A stretch of 64,000 nucleotides of DNA from a phage: the NCBI GenBank assembly GCA_013585095.1, contig GCA_013585095.1_3039.1; one strand, written 5' to 3'. Positions 1-8,919 of the stretch are shown here, piece by piece. Made by a program: the position numbers and the translations under genes. Numbering within the stretch: the stretch's first letter is position 1; each line of letters opens with the position of its first letter. The notes under the pieces were generated by a model. The model was not told the DNA's origin, did not search any database, and saw only the letters and a list, made by a program, of their open reading frames with translations.

Positions 1-1565
1 AAGGAATGCTTGAGAACGGATTTAAGCTAGGTAATGCACAGATTGAAACTCCTAAATCAATCGGTGTTGCTACTGCAATTATGGCACAAATTACTGCACA
101 GGTTGCTTCCCATCAATACGGCGGAACGACTTTTGCTAATGTAGATAAAGTACTTTCTCCTTATGTTAAACGCACCTATGCAAAACATATTGAGGATGCA
201 GAAAAATGGCAAATCGCTGATGCGTTGAATTATGCTCAATCTAAAACAGAAAAAGATGTATACGATGCATTCCAAGCTTATGAATATGAAGTAAATACTC
301 TCTTTAGTTCAAACGGACAAACACCTTTTGTAACAATTACATTTGGTACAGGAACTGACTGGACTGAACGAATGATTCAGAAAGCAATTCTGAAAAATCG
401 TATTAAAGGTCTCGGTCGTGATGGGATAACTCCTATTTTCCCTAAGCTTGTTATGTTCGTTGAAGAAGGTGTTAATCTTTATAAAGACGATCCGAACTAT
501 GATATTAAACAGCTTGCTCTAGAGTGCGCAAGCAAAAGAATGTATCCTGATATTATTTCAGCTAAGAACAATAAAGCTATCACTGGTTCATCTGTTCCTG
601 TTTCTCCAATGGGTTGTCGTAGTTTCTTGAGCATATGGAAAGATTCGACTGGCAATGAAATTCTTGATGGACGTAATAATCTCGGTGTTGTAACACTGAA
701 TCTTCCTCGTATTGCGTTAGATTCTTATATTGGAACACAGTTCAATGAACAGAAATTTACTGAATTGTTCAATGAGCGAATGGATTTATGTTTTGAAGCA
801 TTGATGTGTAGAATTAGTTCCTTAAAAGGAGTTAAAGCTACTGTTGCTCCTATTCTTTACCAAGAAGGTGCATTCGGGGTTCGTCTTAAACCTGATGATG
901 ACATAATTGAGTTATTTAAAAACGGTAGAAGTTCAGTGTCCCTAGGATACATTGGTATTCACGAATTGAATATTCTTGTCGGTCGTGATATTGGACAGGA
1001 AATTTTAACTAAAATGAATGCTCGTCTTAAGCAGTGGACTGAAAGAACTGGTTTTGCTTTTAGCTTGTATTCTACACCTGCTGAAAACCTTTGTTATCGC
1101 TTCTGTAAACTTGATACTGAGAAATATGGAAGTGTAAAGGATGTTACTGATAAAGGCTGGTACACTAACAGTTTCCACGTTTCAGTAGAAGAAAATATTA
1201 CTCCGTTTGAAAAGATTTCTCGCGAAGCCCCATATCATTTCATTGCGACAGGCGGTCACATTTCTTATGTTGAACTTCCTGATATGAAAAATAACCTAAA
1301 AGGTCTTGAGGCTGTATGGGATTATGCTGCACAACATTTAGATTATTTTGGTGTTAACATGCCAGTAGATAAATGTTTTACGTGTGGAAGTACCCATGAA
1401 ATGACTCCTACTGAAAACGGGTTTGTTTGTTCTATTTGTGGAGAAACTGATCCTAAAAAGATGAACACAATAAGAAGAACTTGTGGTTATTTGGGAAATC
1501 CGAACGAACGCGGATTTAATCTCGGTAAAAATAAAGAAATCATGCATAGGGTTAAACACCAATGA
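1..1565 (+). CDS. nrdD: anaerobic ribonucleoside-triphosphate reductase NrdD, 5'-truncated at window edge (first full codon at 3)
   Basis: 519-aa ORF; C-terminal zinc ribbon CFTCGS..CSICG and glycyl-radical motif RRTCGYLG; followed by overlapping activase gene. Confidence 0.93.
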   Translation, partial: GMLENGFKLGNAQIETPKSIGVATAIMAQITAQVASHQYGGTTFANVDKVLSPYVKRTYAKHIEDAEKWQIADALNYAQSKTEKDVYDAFQAYEYEVNTLFSSNGQTPFVTITFGTGTDWTERMIQKAILKNRIKGLGRDGITPIFPKLVMFVEEGVNLYKDDPNYDIKQLALECASKRMYPDIISAKNNKAITGSSVPVSPMGCRSFLSIWKDSTGNEILDGRNNLGVVTLNLPRIALDSYIGTQFNEQKFTELFNERMDLCFEALMCRISSLKGVKATVAPILYQEGAFGVRLKPDDDIIELFKNGRSSVSLGYIGIHELNILVGRDIGQEILTKMNARLKQWTERTGFAFSLYSTPAENLCYRFCKLDTEKYGSVKDVTDKGWYTNSFHVSVEENITPFEKISREAPYHFIATGGHISYVELPDMKNNLKGLEAVWDYAAQHLDYFGVNMPVDKCFTCGSTHEMTPTENGFVCSICGETDPKKMNTIRRTCGYLGNPNERGFNLGKNKEIMHRVKHQ

Positions 1566-2032
1566 ATTATGATAGATTTTATCCTTGCGATTTTGTGAAT
1601 GGCCCTGGTTGCAGGGTCGTTCTTTTCGTTACAGGTTGTTTGCATAAATGTGAAGGGTGTTATAATAAATCAACATGGAATGCTAGAAATGGTATTCCAT
1701 TCACTGGTGAAACACTAGAACAATTAATTGAATGTTTGAATAATGATTATATAGAAGGATTAACTATAACTGGAGGAGACCCTCTCTATCCTGATAACCG
1801 AGATGTTATTCATTGCATCGTTCAAACAGTAAAAAATCTTTATCCCAGTAAAAGCATTTGGTTGTGGACAGGATATAAGTTTGAAGATATTAAACAACTA
1901 GAAATGCTTAAATATGTTGATGTTATTATTGATGGGAAGTATGAGAAAAATCTTCCGACCAAAAAGCTGTGGCGAGGATCAGATAATCAGCGACTTTGGT
2001 CAAATACCGATGGGGTGTGGACACATGATTAA
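1562..2032 (+). CDS. nrdG: anaerobic RNR activating enzyme (radical SAM)
   Basis: 156 aa; CLHKCEGC radical-SAM cysteine motif; start overlaps nrdD stop (ATGA). Confidence 0.92.
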   Translation: MNYDRFYPCDFVNGPGCRVVLFVTGCLHKCEGCYNKSTWNARNGIPFTGETLEQLIECLNNDYIEGLTITGGDPLYPDNRDVIHCIVQTVKNLYPSKSIWLWTGYKFEDIKQLEMLKYVDVIIDGKYEKNLPTKKLWRGSDNQRLWSNTDGVWTHD

Positions 2033-2147
2033 ATTGAATTACATTATGGATACTATAAATGATATGATTTTTCATTTTGGTCCAGAATTTTATTCGCAAT
2101 ATAGTTTAGTGCTTATCAATGCTTGGTTAATCAATTAAGGGTAAAAT

Positions 2148-2360
2148 ATGTATAAATTTCGTAAAGGTTTAGCTGATTTTCTTACAACTGTAACATTCTT
2201 TCTGTTTATGGCAGTTGGAGCTATTTTCCTTATTCCTTTTATTGCTATATTTTTCGTGATTAGTTTGATTTCTCCAGAAAAGGGCTTATCTTCTAGCGAG
2301 TTCAATAAGCGTCTAGATAAAATTACTAACAAGCTGAATGCTGCTCTTAGTAAGGAATAG
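2148..2360 (+). CDS. hypothetical small membrane protein
   Basis: 70-aa ORF with long hydrophobic segment FFLFMAVGAIFLIPFIAIFFVISLI. Confidence 0.5.
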   Translation: MYKFRKGLADFLTTVTFFLFMAVGAIFLIPFIAIFFVISLISPEKGLSSSEFNKRLDKITNKLNAALSKE

Positions 2361-2362
2361 TT

Positions 2363-2671
2363 GTGAAACAAAACAAGATTGAAGTATATGGAATTCCAGA
2401 TGAAGTAGGTCGTTGTCCTGGATGTCAATCAGTTACAAAACTTCTAAAGGAGCTCAATGCTCCTTTTACTTTCTATAAAGTTCTTACAAATAATGGTAAG
2501 ATTGAGTATGATCGTCCGCTGATTGTATCTCTTGCTAAACGCGCTGGATTCACATCTCTTAACATTCGTTATCCAGTCATTTTCATTAATGATTCTAGAC
2601 AAAAGAACATTAAACACTTCAAAGAAACTCTCATTTCACTTGGATATGATAGAGATATCATAGAAGACTGA
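2363..2671 (+). CDS. nrdH: glutaredoxin-like protein (NrdH-type)
   Basis: 102 aa; CPGC redox motif near N-terminus; GTG start after AGGA; position next to nrdG. Confidence 0.7.
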   Translation: MKQNKIEVYGIPDEVGRCPGCQSVTKLLKELNAPFTFYKVLTNNGKIEYDRPLIVSLAKRAGFTSLNIRYPVIFINDSRQKNIKHFKETLISLGYDRDIIED

Positions 2672-2674
2672 GAC

Positions 2675-2698
2675 GGGCCCTCTGGGCCTTTCTTTCTT
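2675..2698 (+). terminator. rho-independent terminator-like hairpin
   Basis: GGCCC-tct-GGGCC stem followed by TTTCTTTCTT. Confidence 0.5.
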
Positions 2699-2769
2699 AC
2701 ATTCTGTATATTACCATTCTAAGCTATCGTTCCCTTCTTATCATTCCCTAAAATAATTTTCACAAAGTT

Positions 2770-2799
2770 GTTTACAACGAGCTCAAACTGTGGTATTAT
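2770..2799 (+). promoter_or_regulatory. early sigma70-type promoter
   Basis: GTTTACA, 17-bp spacer, TGG-TATTAT extended -10; upstream of ORF at 2830. Confidence 0.6.
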
Positions 2800-2829
2800 T
2801 AACACATGAATTACCTTTGAGGAATTGAT

Positions 2830-3012
2830 ATGGTTGTGGTTGATAAAGAAATTAAAAAGGGACAGTATTATCTCATTAATGGTAATGCTGTTCGTGTTAC
2901 TCATGTAAATAGTTTTGAAGTTTGCTATATTATACTCAAGTTACATAAACACATGATTTGTGATCGTGCTGTATTTAGTTCAGTTGCTAAGGAAATTAAA
3001 CTCCATGGGTAA
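2830..3012 (+). CDS. hypothetical protein
   Basis: 60-aa ORF with GAGG SD; downstream of early promoter. Confidence 0.4.
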   Translation: MVVVDKEIKKGQYYLINGNAVRVTHVNSFEVCYIILKLHKHMICDRAVFSSVAKEIKLHG

Positions 3013-3298
3013 AACGTATCGTCGTAAAGACTTGAAAGTTCGTGATTATGACTATTTCGGAAAGCGTAAAGCTCCTGATGGGGTAAGTCATAAAGATATG
3101 GTTGAAAACATTTTTCGCTCAGATAAATGGCGTAGAATGAAAGGTATTGATTCAGAAGTTAAAGATGAGCTAAATCGCCAATTACGTGGTGAAGTAAGAA
3201 AGTTGAAAAAATCAGTTTACATTGACGATGATTTTGATTATAATACTTCTCAACGAGTTGCTAAACGTAAATCAAACGAGTGTTATCGTTACAGCTGA
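3005..3298 (+). CDS. hypothetical basic protein
   Basis: ORF-track 2960 (GTG) trimmed to first ATG; Lys/Arg-rich. Confidence 0.4.
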   Translation: MGKTYRRKDLKVRDYDYFGKRKAPDGVSHKDMVENIFRSDKWRRMKGIDSEVKDELNRQLRGEVRKLKKSVYIDDDFDYNTSQRVAKRKSNECYRYS

Positions 3299-3305
3299 GG
3301 AAATT

Positions 3306-3437
3306 ATGAATATCAAACGAATGCTTTTTAAGCAAGGGCTATATACTTTAAATGTTACTCCAAAAGGCGATACAACTAAGTGGTCAGTAAATGACTGGAT
3401 TAAATTCATTGATGAAAATGGTAATTGGGAAATTTAA
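3306..3437 (+). CDS. hypothetical small protein
   Basis: ORF-track 3222 trimmed to internal ATG preceded by GAGGAAATT. Confidence 0.3.
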   Translation: MNIKRMLFKQGLYTLNVTPKGDTTKWSVNDWIKFIDENGNWEI

Positions 3438-3638
3438 ATGAATCCTGAATCTAAATTATCGCAGCGAATTGCCGAAGCTCGTCGTCAGTTCTTTGAAAAT
3501 ATGATAGCCCAAGGTATTGATGACGAAGTTTTTCTAAACTGGTTTTGGAATCACAAATATTCAAGTTGCTCAGGAGCAATATTAATATCAGCCGCAATGA
3601 TGTACGAAGGCTGGAAGGGTGCCAAACAGTTTAGCTAA
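3438..3638 (+). CDS. hypothetical protein
   Basis: 66-aa ORF, start abuts previous stop; followed by terminator. Confidence 0.45.
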   Translation: MNPESKLSQRIAEARRQFFENMIAQGIDDEVFLNWFWNHKYSSCSGAILISAAMMYEGWKGAKQFS

Positions 3639-3655
3639 GGGCTTCGGCCCTTTTT
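3637..3655 (+). terminator. rho-independent terminator
   Basis: GGGC-TTCG-GCCC hairpin plus TTTTT. Confidence 0.7.
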
Positions 3656-3690
3656 GGATAATAAAATTTTAACGCAATTGAGGATAATGT

Positions 3691-4017
3691 ATGACTATTC
3701 AAATTAAAAACGCCATCAATTCTTATGCATATGATAAAGTAGTTTCTCTGCTAGAAAAAGGCGATATTGTAACTCCTCAAATTTTGGATAAATGGGAAAA
3801 AGAGCTTCATCAGACGATGAAACAGAATGATCAGAAGATTGGACGAAATACTGTCCGTGAATTGTTGGTTCAATATATCTTGTCAGAATTTGATGTTAAA
3901 GCTTTTGGTGTAGAATCTAAAGCTTATCAAAAACATGAAATTTCCGATAAAACTATTCGTCGTATGAAAAATCAACGCAAGAAAAAATTTGCTGACCTGA
4001 AAATTGCTAAGGTATGA
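3691..4017 (+). CDS. hypothetical protein
   Basis: 108-aa ORF with AGGA SD. Confidence 0.5.
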   Translation: MTIQIKNAINSYAYDKVVSLLEKGDIVTPQILDKWEKELHQTMKQNDQKIGRNTVRELLVQYILSEFDVKAFGVESKAYQKHEISDKTIRRMKNQRKKKFADLKIAKV

Positions 4018-4235
4018 ATATGAACGAAGCTCTTATTAACGATTTACGTCTTGCCGGATATGAAGTAAATACAAATGGCATTGGTTTAACTCAAATTGAA
4101 GGAAATGGATTCATCCTTGAGTATGAATTTAGCCAATGGTGGTTATACGCTAATTATGGCGAATTGATTGAATACGTTGACCAGTTTGATTCACTAGATG
4201 CAGCTCTCGAAGCGGCTAAGTTGATGAATGTATGA
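4014..4235 (+). CDS. hypothetical protein
   Basis: 73-aa ORF, start overlaps upstream stop. Confidence 0.5.
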   Translation: MNMNEALINDLRLAGYEVNTNGIGLTQIEGNGFILEYEFSQWWLYANYGELIEYVDQFDSLDAALEAAKLMNV

Positions 4236-4501
4236 AATTTATTAATATTTCTATTACTATTGAAAATTATGGAATTTTCTATGTTGACCAATACATGAAA
4301 ATTTCATTTTTCCCAAATAAAACTGGTGTTGGATATTGGGAAAGCCATGTTTCTGAATTAAATGAAAGCGAATATGCTAGCACACATGAAAAGTTTTTAG
4401 ACTTTTTATATCATGCTGATTTAACTAGTCATTATATAGATATTCATGAATTTAAAAAGATGATGGAAAAAGTGTTCCAAGCATACTGTTTACTTAGATA
4501 A
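4232..4501 (+). CDS. hypothetical protein
   Basis: 89-aa ORF, start overlaps upstream stop. Confidence 0.5.
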   Translation: MKFINISITIENYGIFYVDQYMKISFFPNKTGVGYWESHVSELNESEYASTHEKFLDFLYHADLTSHYIDIHEFKKMMEKVFQAYCLLR

Positions 4502-4579
4502 CTGATATCCTCTATGCTTTAAGATAGATCTTCAAATATTATGATATAATAGATCTATGAATTGAGCTAAGAGGTGAAA

Positions 4580-5137
4580 ATGTCAGAAACTAAGCCTAAA
4601 TATAATTACGTAAACAATAAAGAGCTTTTACAAGCTATTATTGATTGGAAAACAGAATTAGCAAATAATAAAGACCCAAATAAAGTAGTTCGTCAGAATG
4701 ATACTATCGGATTAGCCATTATGCTTATTGCAGAAGGCTTATCTAAACGTTTCAACTTTTCAGGATACACCCAGTCTTGGAAACAAGAAATGATTGCAGA
4801 TGGTATAGAAGCTTCTATTAAGGGGCTTCATAATTTTGATGAAACGAAATATAAAAACCCACATGCGTATATAACTCAAGCTTGTTTTAATGCATTCGTC
4901 CAGCGTATTAAAAAAGAACGTAAGGAAGTTGCAAAGAAATACAGTTACTTCGTTCACAATGTCTATGACAGTCGTGACGACGATATGGTTGCGTTAGTAG
5001 ATGAAACTTTTATTCAAGACATCTACGATAAAATGACGCATTACGAAGAATCAACCTATAGAACACCGGGGGCTGAAAAGAAAAGTGTTGTAGACGATTC
5101 TCCTAGTTTGGATTTTTTATATGAGGCTAACGATTAA
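4580..5137 (+). CDS. 55: late-transcription sigma factor gp55
   Basis: 185 aa from ATG after GAGG (ORF-track GTG at 4574 trimmed); N-terminus [17 protein letters not shown] as I recall T4 gp55; T4 synteny before a-gt. Confidence 0.92.
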
Positions 5138-5339
5138 CCTCTCCGGATTCTTGGAAGAAATACCTGAAGTTGAAGCTATTCCCTATTTACTTAAAATGTA
5201 TCTCAGGGAAGTTTTAGCTCTTGACATTGATATTGATCCAGAAAATCCGTATGATACCGCTTTTAAATCTAATGGTGTAGAATTAAACTATCGGTATCAT
5301 TTAACAGATGATGATTTTTATTTTATATTAGAGAAATAA
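5121..5339 (+). CDS. hypothetical protein
   Basis: 72-aa ORF overlapping end of gene 55. Confidence 0.4.
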
Positions 5340-5340
5340 T

Positions 5341-5658
5341 ATGACTGATAAACCCGAAATTAATGATGAAGTGGAAAAGCTTATTTCTTCTATTGAAGAA
5401 AAGAACCGTCTTGAAGCAGAAAGAAAAGCAAATAAGTTATTGTCTAAAAATAAACGCGAACTGAACCGTCTTTATAAACACGCTCAGACTGCAGCTGAAA
5501 ACAATAATTTTGCTCAATACGAATATGCTATCAAGAAAAGTCGGGATATTCTAAAACAGCCATATAACGATGAACTCATTAGTATTCTTTGGAAGACTAC
5601 TAGATCGCAGATTGAGGATATGATTGATGCTTACACGCGTAAAATTCAAGCGTCTTAA
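5341..5658 (+). CDS. hypothetical coiled-coil protein
   Basis: 105-aa ORF, charged and helix-prone. Confidence 0.5.
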   Translation: MTDKPEINDEVEKLISSIEEKNRLEAERKANKLLSKNKRELNRLYKHAQTAAENNNFAQYEYAIKKSRDILKQPYNDELISILWKTTRSQIEDMIDAYTRKIQAS

Positions 5659-5830
5659 AATTAATGCAGGATTTACTGAATCTTTGAATGGTCATCTTTG
5701 CGTGAAAATTTCTGAAAAAGAATACCACGATAGTTCAATTAAAGAAGTTAATCCTCCTATTGTAAGAGCAGACCCTAATATGAAAGTGTGGGTTGATTCC
5801 TATCAAGTCAAAAAATGGTGGCAGTTATGA
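5624..5830 (+). CDS. hypothetical protein
   Basis: 68-aa ORF overlapping previous 3' end in another frame. Confidence 0.4.
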   Translation: MMLTRVKFKRLKINAGFTESLNGHLCVKISEKEYHDSSIKEVNPPIVRADPNMKVWVDSYQVKKWWQL

Positions 5831-5833
5831 AAG

Positions 5834-6007
5834 ATGAACGCCCAGACTTGTGAAATAGATTATAATAAAATTCGTTCCTCTAAAGTAGAAATGATGAGAC
5901 GCTTTAAAGAATCTCATGATAAAGCTAAAGCAGAAGGAACTATAACATATAAGCGTATTAAATTTAGAAGCTCTAATGAGCCTCTGTATGGTGTATTATG
6001 CGGATAG
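5834..6007 (+). CDS. hypothetical small protein (57 aa)
   Basis: ATG 3 nt after previous stop; below ORF-track cut-off; ends in hairpin. Confidence 0.3.
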   Translation: MNAQTCEIDYNKIRSSKVEMMRRFKESHDKAKAEGTITYKRIKFRSSNEPLYGVLCG

Positions 6008-6023
6008 GAGCTTCGGCTCCTAT
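6004..6023 (+). terminator. GC hairpin with UUCG loop (weak terminator or RNA stability element)
   Basis: ATAGGAGC-TTCG-GCTCCTAT, poor U tract. Confidence 0.4.
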
Positions 6024-6025
6024 AT

Positions 6026-6049
6026 TGCTTTACAAATTTTTGGTAAAAT
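6026..6049 (+). promoter_or_regulatory. MotA-box middle promoter upstream of a-gt
   Basis: TGCTTTA box, 11-nt spacer, TAAAAT -10. Confidence 0.5.
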
Positions 6050-6073
6050 AAACCAAAACAATGAGGATATTAA

Positions 6074-7276
6074 ATGAAAGTATGCATTTTTATGGCTCGA
6101 GGTCTTGAAGGTTGCGGTGTAACTAAATTTTCTCTTGAGCAACGTGATTGGTTTATTAAAAATGGTCATGAAGTGACTTTGGTTTATGCTAAAGATAAAT
6201 CATTTACTCGTAATTGCGCGCATGATTATAAATCATTTTCAATTCCGGTTTTATTGGCAAAAGAATACGATAAAACACTTAAGCTGGTAAATGATTGTGA
6301 TATTCTAATTATCAATTCAGTTCCTGCTACTTCGGTTGAAGAAGACACTATTAATAACTATAAAAAAATTATTGATAACATTAAACCTTCTGTTCGTGTT
6401 GTAGTTTATCAGCATGACCATTCTTCTCTTTCTTTGCGTCGAAATTTGGGATTAGAAGAAACTGTTCGTCGAGCTGATGTTATTTTTAGTCATTCTGATA
6501 ATGGTGATTTTAATAAAGTTCTGATGAAAGAATGGTATCCAGAAACTGTTTCTCTGTTTGATGATATTGAAGAAGCACCGACAGTATATAACTTTCAGCC
6601 TCCTATGGATATTGCGAAGGTTCGGTCAACTTACTGGAAAGATGTTTCTGAAATTAACATGAATATCAACCGTTGGATTGGTCGTACGACTACATGGAAA
6701 GGTTTTTATCAGATGTTTGATTTTCACGAAAAACATCTTAAACCTGCAGGACTAAGTACTATTATGGAAGGTCTGGAACGTTCTCCAGCGTTCATTCCTA
6801 TTAAAGAAAAAGGAATTCCATACGAGTATTATCGTCTTCATCAAGTAGACCAAATTAAAATTGCTCCTAATTTGCCAACGCAAATTCTTGACCGTTATGT
6901 AAATAGCGAAATGCTTGAACGTATGAGTAAATCCGGTTTTGGTTATCAGTTGAGTAAGTTGGATAAAAAATATCTACAACGTTCTTTAGAATATACTCAT
7001 CTCGAGCTTGGTGCATGTGGAACAATTCCGGTATTTTGGAAATCTACTGGCGAAAATTTAAAATTCCGTGTTGATAATACTCCTTTGACCTCGCATGATA
7101 GCGGTATCATTTGGTTTGATGAAAATGATATGGAATCAACATTTGAACGTATTAAAGAACTGTCATCTGACCGAGCTCTTTATGACCGTGAGCGAGAAAA
7201 AGCATATGAATTTTTGTATCAGCACCAAGATTCAAGCTTCTGCTTTAAAGAACAGTTTGACATTATTACAAAATAA
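6074..7276 (+). CDS. agt: DNA alpha-glucosyltransferase
   Basis: 400 aa; N-terminus CIFMARGLEGCGVTKFSLEQRDWF as I recall T4 a-gt; T4 synteny between 55 and 47. Confidence 0.9.
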   Translation: MKVCIFMARGLEGCGVTKFSLEQRDWFIKNGHEVTLVYAKDKSFTRNCAHDYKSFSIPVLLAKEYDKTLKLVNDCDILIINSVPATSVEEDTINNYKKIIDNIKPSVRVVVYQHDHSSLSLRRNLGLEETVRRADVIFSHSDNGDFNKVLMKEWYPETVSLFDDIEEAPTVYNFQPPMDIAKVRSTYWKDVSEINMNINRWIGRTTTWKGFYQMFDFHEKHLKPAGLSTIMEGLERSPAFIPIKEKGIPYEYYRLHQVDQIKIAPNLPTQILDRYVNSEMLERMSKSGFGYQLSKLDKKYLQRSLEYTHLELGACGTIPVFWKSTGENLKFRVDNTPLTSHDSGIIWFDENDMESTFERIKELSSDRALYDREREKAYEFLYQHQDSSFCFKEQFDIITK

Positions 7277-7292
7277 AGGGCTTCGGCCCTTT
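7275..7292 (+). terminator. terminator-like hairpin
   Basis: AAAGGGC-TTCG-GCCCTTT then TAGCTTTAT. Confidence 0.55.
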
Positions 7293-7315
7293 AGCTTTAT
7301 ACGGAGTTTGATATA

Positions 7316-7456
7316 ATGATATTTCTTGGATACGTGATACTTTTTCTTGCATTTTATCTATTCACTAGAGCATGTTGGATTGGATTCTTTAGTACTCCAG
7401 ATGGATTTATTTCAATAATTTTATTTTGCATTTCAATGACGGTTCTTGATATATGA
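7316..7456 (+). CDS. hypothetical small hydrophobic protein (46 aa)
   Basis: ORF read from sequence; stop overlaps gene 47 start (ATATGA). Confidence 0.3.
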   Translation: MIFLGYVILFLAFYLFTRACWIGFFSTPDGFISIILFCISMTVLDI

Positions 7457-8472
7457 AAATTTTAAATTTAGGTGATTGGCATTTAGGCGTTAAAGCTGAT
7501 GATGAGTGGGTTCAGTCCATTCAGTTGGATGGAATTAAACAAGCAATAGAATATTCTAAGAAAAATGGAATTACTACCTGGATTCAATATGGTGATATTT
7601 TTGATGTGCGAAAAGCAATCACGCATAAAACTATGGAGTTTGCTCGTGAAATAGTTCAAATGCTTGATGATGCTGGTATTACCCTACATACTGTTGTAGG
7701 AAACCATGATATGCACTTTAAAAATACTTTAACTCCAAATGCCTCTACTGAGCTTTTGGCTAAATATCCCAATGTTAAAGTATATGATAAGCCTACTACA
7801 GTAGATTTTGACGGATGTTTGATTGATTTAATTCCTTGGATGTGTGAAGAAAATACTGGTGAAATTCTTGAACACATCAAAACTTCATCTGCTTCTTTTT
7901 GTGTTGGTCACTGGGAACTGAATGGATTTTATTTTTATAAAGGAATGAAATCTCATGGTCTTGAACCTGATTTCCTTAAGACTTATAAAGAGGTGTGGTC
8001 TGGTCACTTCCATACTATCTCTGAGGCTGCTAACGTCAGATATATTGGGACACCATGGACACTAACTGCAGGTGACGAGAATGACCCTCGCGGGTTCTGG
8101 ATGTTTGATACAGAAACAGAACGAATGGAATTTATTCCAAACAATACTACCTGGCATCGTAGAATTCATTATCCATTTAAAGGAAAAATTGACTATAAAG
8201 ATTTTACAAATCTATCAGTACGTGTTATAGTAACTGAGGTAGACAAAAATCTGACGAAGTTCGAATCTGAACTAGAAAAAGTTGTGCATTCATTACGAGT
8301 TGTGTCAAAAATTGATAACTCTGTCGAGTCAGATGACAGTGAAGAAGTTGAAGTTCAATCTCTTCAGACGTTAATGGAAGAATACATTAATGCAATTCCA
8401 GACATCACTGATTCTGACCGTGAAGCACTTATTCAATATGCAAATCAGTTATATGTAGAGGCAACACAATGA
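7453..8472 (+). CDS. 47: recombination endonuclease subunit gp47 (Mre11-like)
   Basis: 339 aa; phosphoesterase motifs GDWH, GDIFD, GNHD, GHFH. Confidence 0.93.
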   Translation: MKILNLGDWHLGVKADDEWVQSIQLDGIKQAIEYSKKNGITTWIQYGDIFDVRKAITHKTMEFAREIVQMLDDAGITLHTVVGNHDMHFKNTLTPNASTELLAKYPNVKVYDKPTTVDFDGCLIDLIPWMCEENTGEILEHIKTSSASFCVGHWELNGFYFYKGMKSHGLEPDFLKTYKEVWSGHFHTISEAANVRYIGTPWTLTAGDENDPRGFWMFDTETERMEFIPNNTTWHRRIHYPFKGKIDYKDFTNLSVRVIVTEVDKNLTKFESELEKVVHSLRVVSKIDNSVESDDSEEVEVQSLQTLMEEYINAIPDITDSDREALIQYANQLYVEATQ

Positions 8473-8732
8473 CTTTTGATGAATTTAAAAATGTTATGAT
8501 GAGTCAGCATTTTGAATGTGAAGTAAAAGATGATATTGGTCATAAAGAAATTATTGAATATTGGTTTGAACCGTTAGAGGTTGAAGATAATTGTATTAAA
8601 AAGGTTACGGTCTGTACAGATTGGGCTGTATCTTTTAACTTCAACATTTTAGATAATGACACACCTAAATCATTACGAGATATGGCTGTATCTTGTATTA
8701 AGGATGCATACTGTGAAGTTTTCGACATTTGA
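8469..8732 (+). CDS. hypothetical protein
   Basis: 87-aa ORF between 47 and 46. Confidence 0.5.
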   Translation: MTFDEFKNVMMSQHFECEVKDDIGHKEIIEYWFEPLEVEDNCIKKVTVCTDWAVSFNFNILDNDTPKSLRDMAVSCIKDAYCEVFDI

Positions 8733-8919
8733 CATTAATGATGAATTCATAGCAAACATTGATTATACCGAAGAAGATTCTAGATATGTTGGAATAATTT
8801 ACATTACATCAAAAACAGCACAAGGCGTTGTTTGCATGGCTGAATTTGATGAATACTTTTTAGATTATGATGATATGATAGAATGGTCTAAAAGATACAT
8901 TAAAAGGAATCTTTTGTGA
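8704..8919 (+). CDS. hypothetical protein
   Basis: ORF-track 8656 trimmed to ATG after AAGGA. Confidence 0.4.
   Translation: MHTVKFSTFDINDEFIANIDYTEEDSRYVGIIYITSKTAQGVVCMAEFDEYFLDYDDMIEWSKRYIKRNLL

Noticed and set aside
57-275. Numerous 60-140 aa ORFs on the strand opposite confidently identified genes (for example 57..275, 1338..1562, 9179..9562, 11558..11974, 15361..15648, 37081..37365, 37923..38333, 38440..38730, 42917..43215)
   Set aside because: They lie entirely inside well-supported genes on the other strand, lack SD sequences, and have the low-complexity composition expected of AT-rich antisense frames; treated as shadow ORFs.
4514-4557. Possible MotA-box middle promoter upstream of gene 55 (ATGCTTTAA) with flanking TAGATCT/AGATCTA inverted repeat
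   Set aside because: The spacing from the box to the nearest -10-like hexamer is about 15 nt, outside the usual 11-13 nt; not reported as a promoter, though the 7-bp inverted repeat is real.
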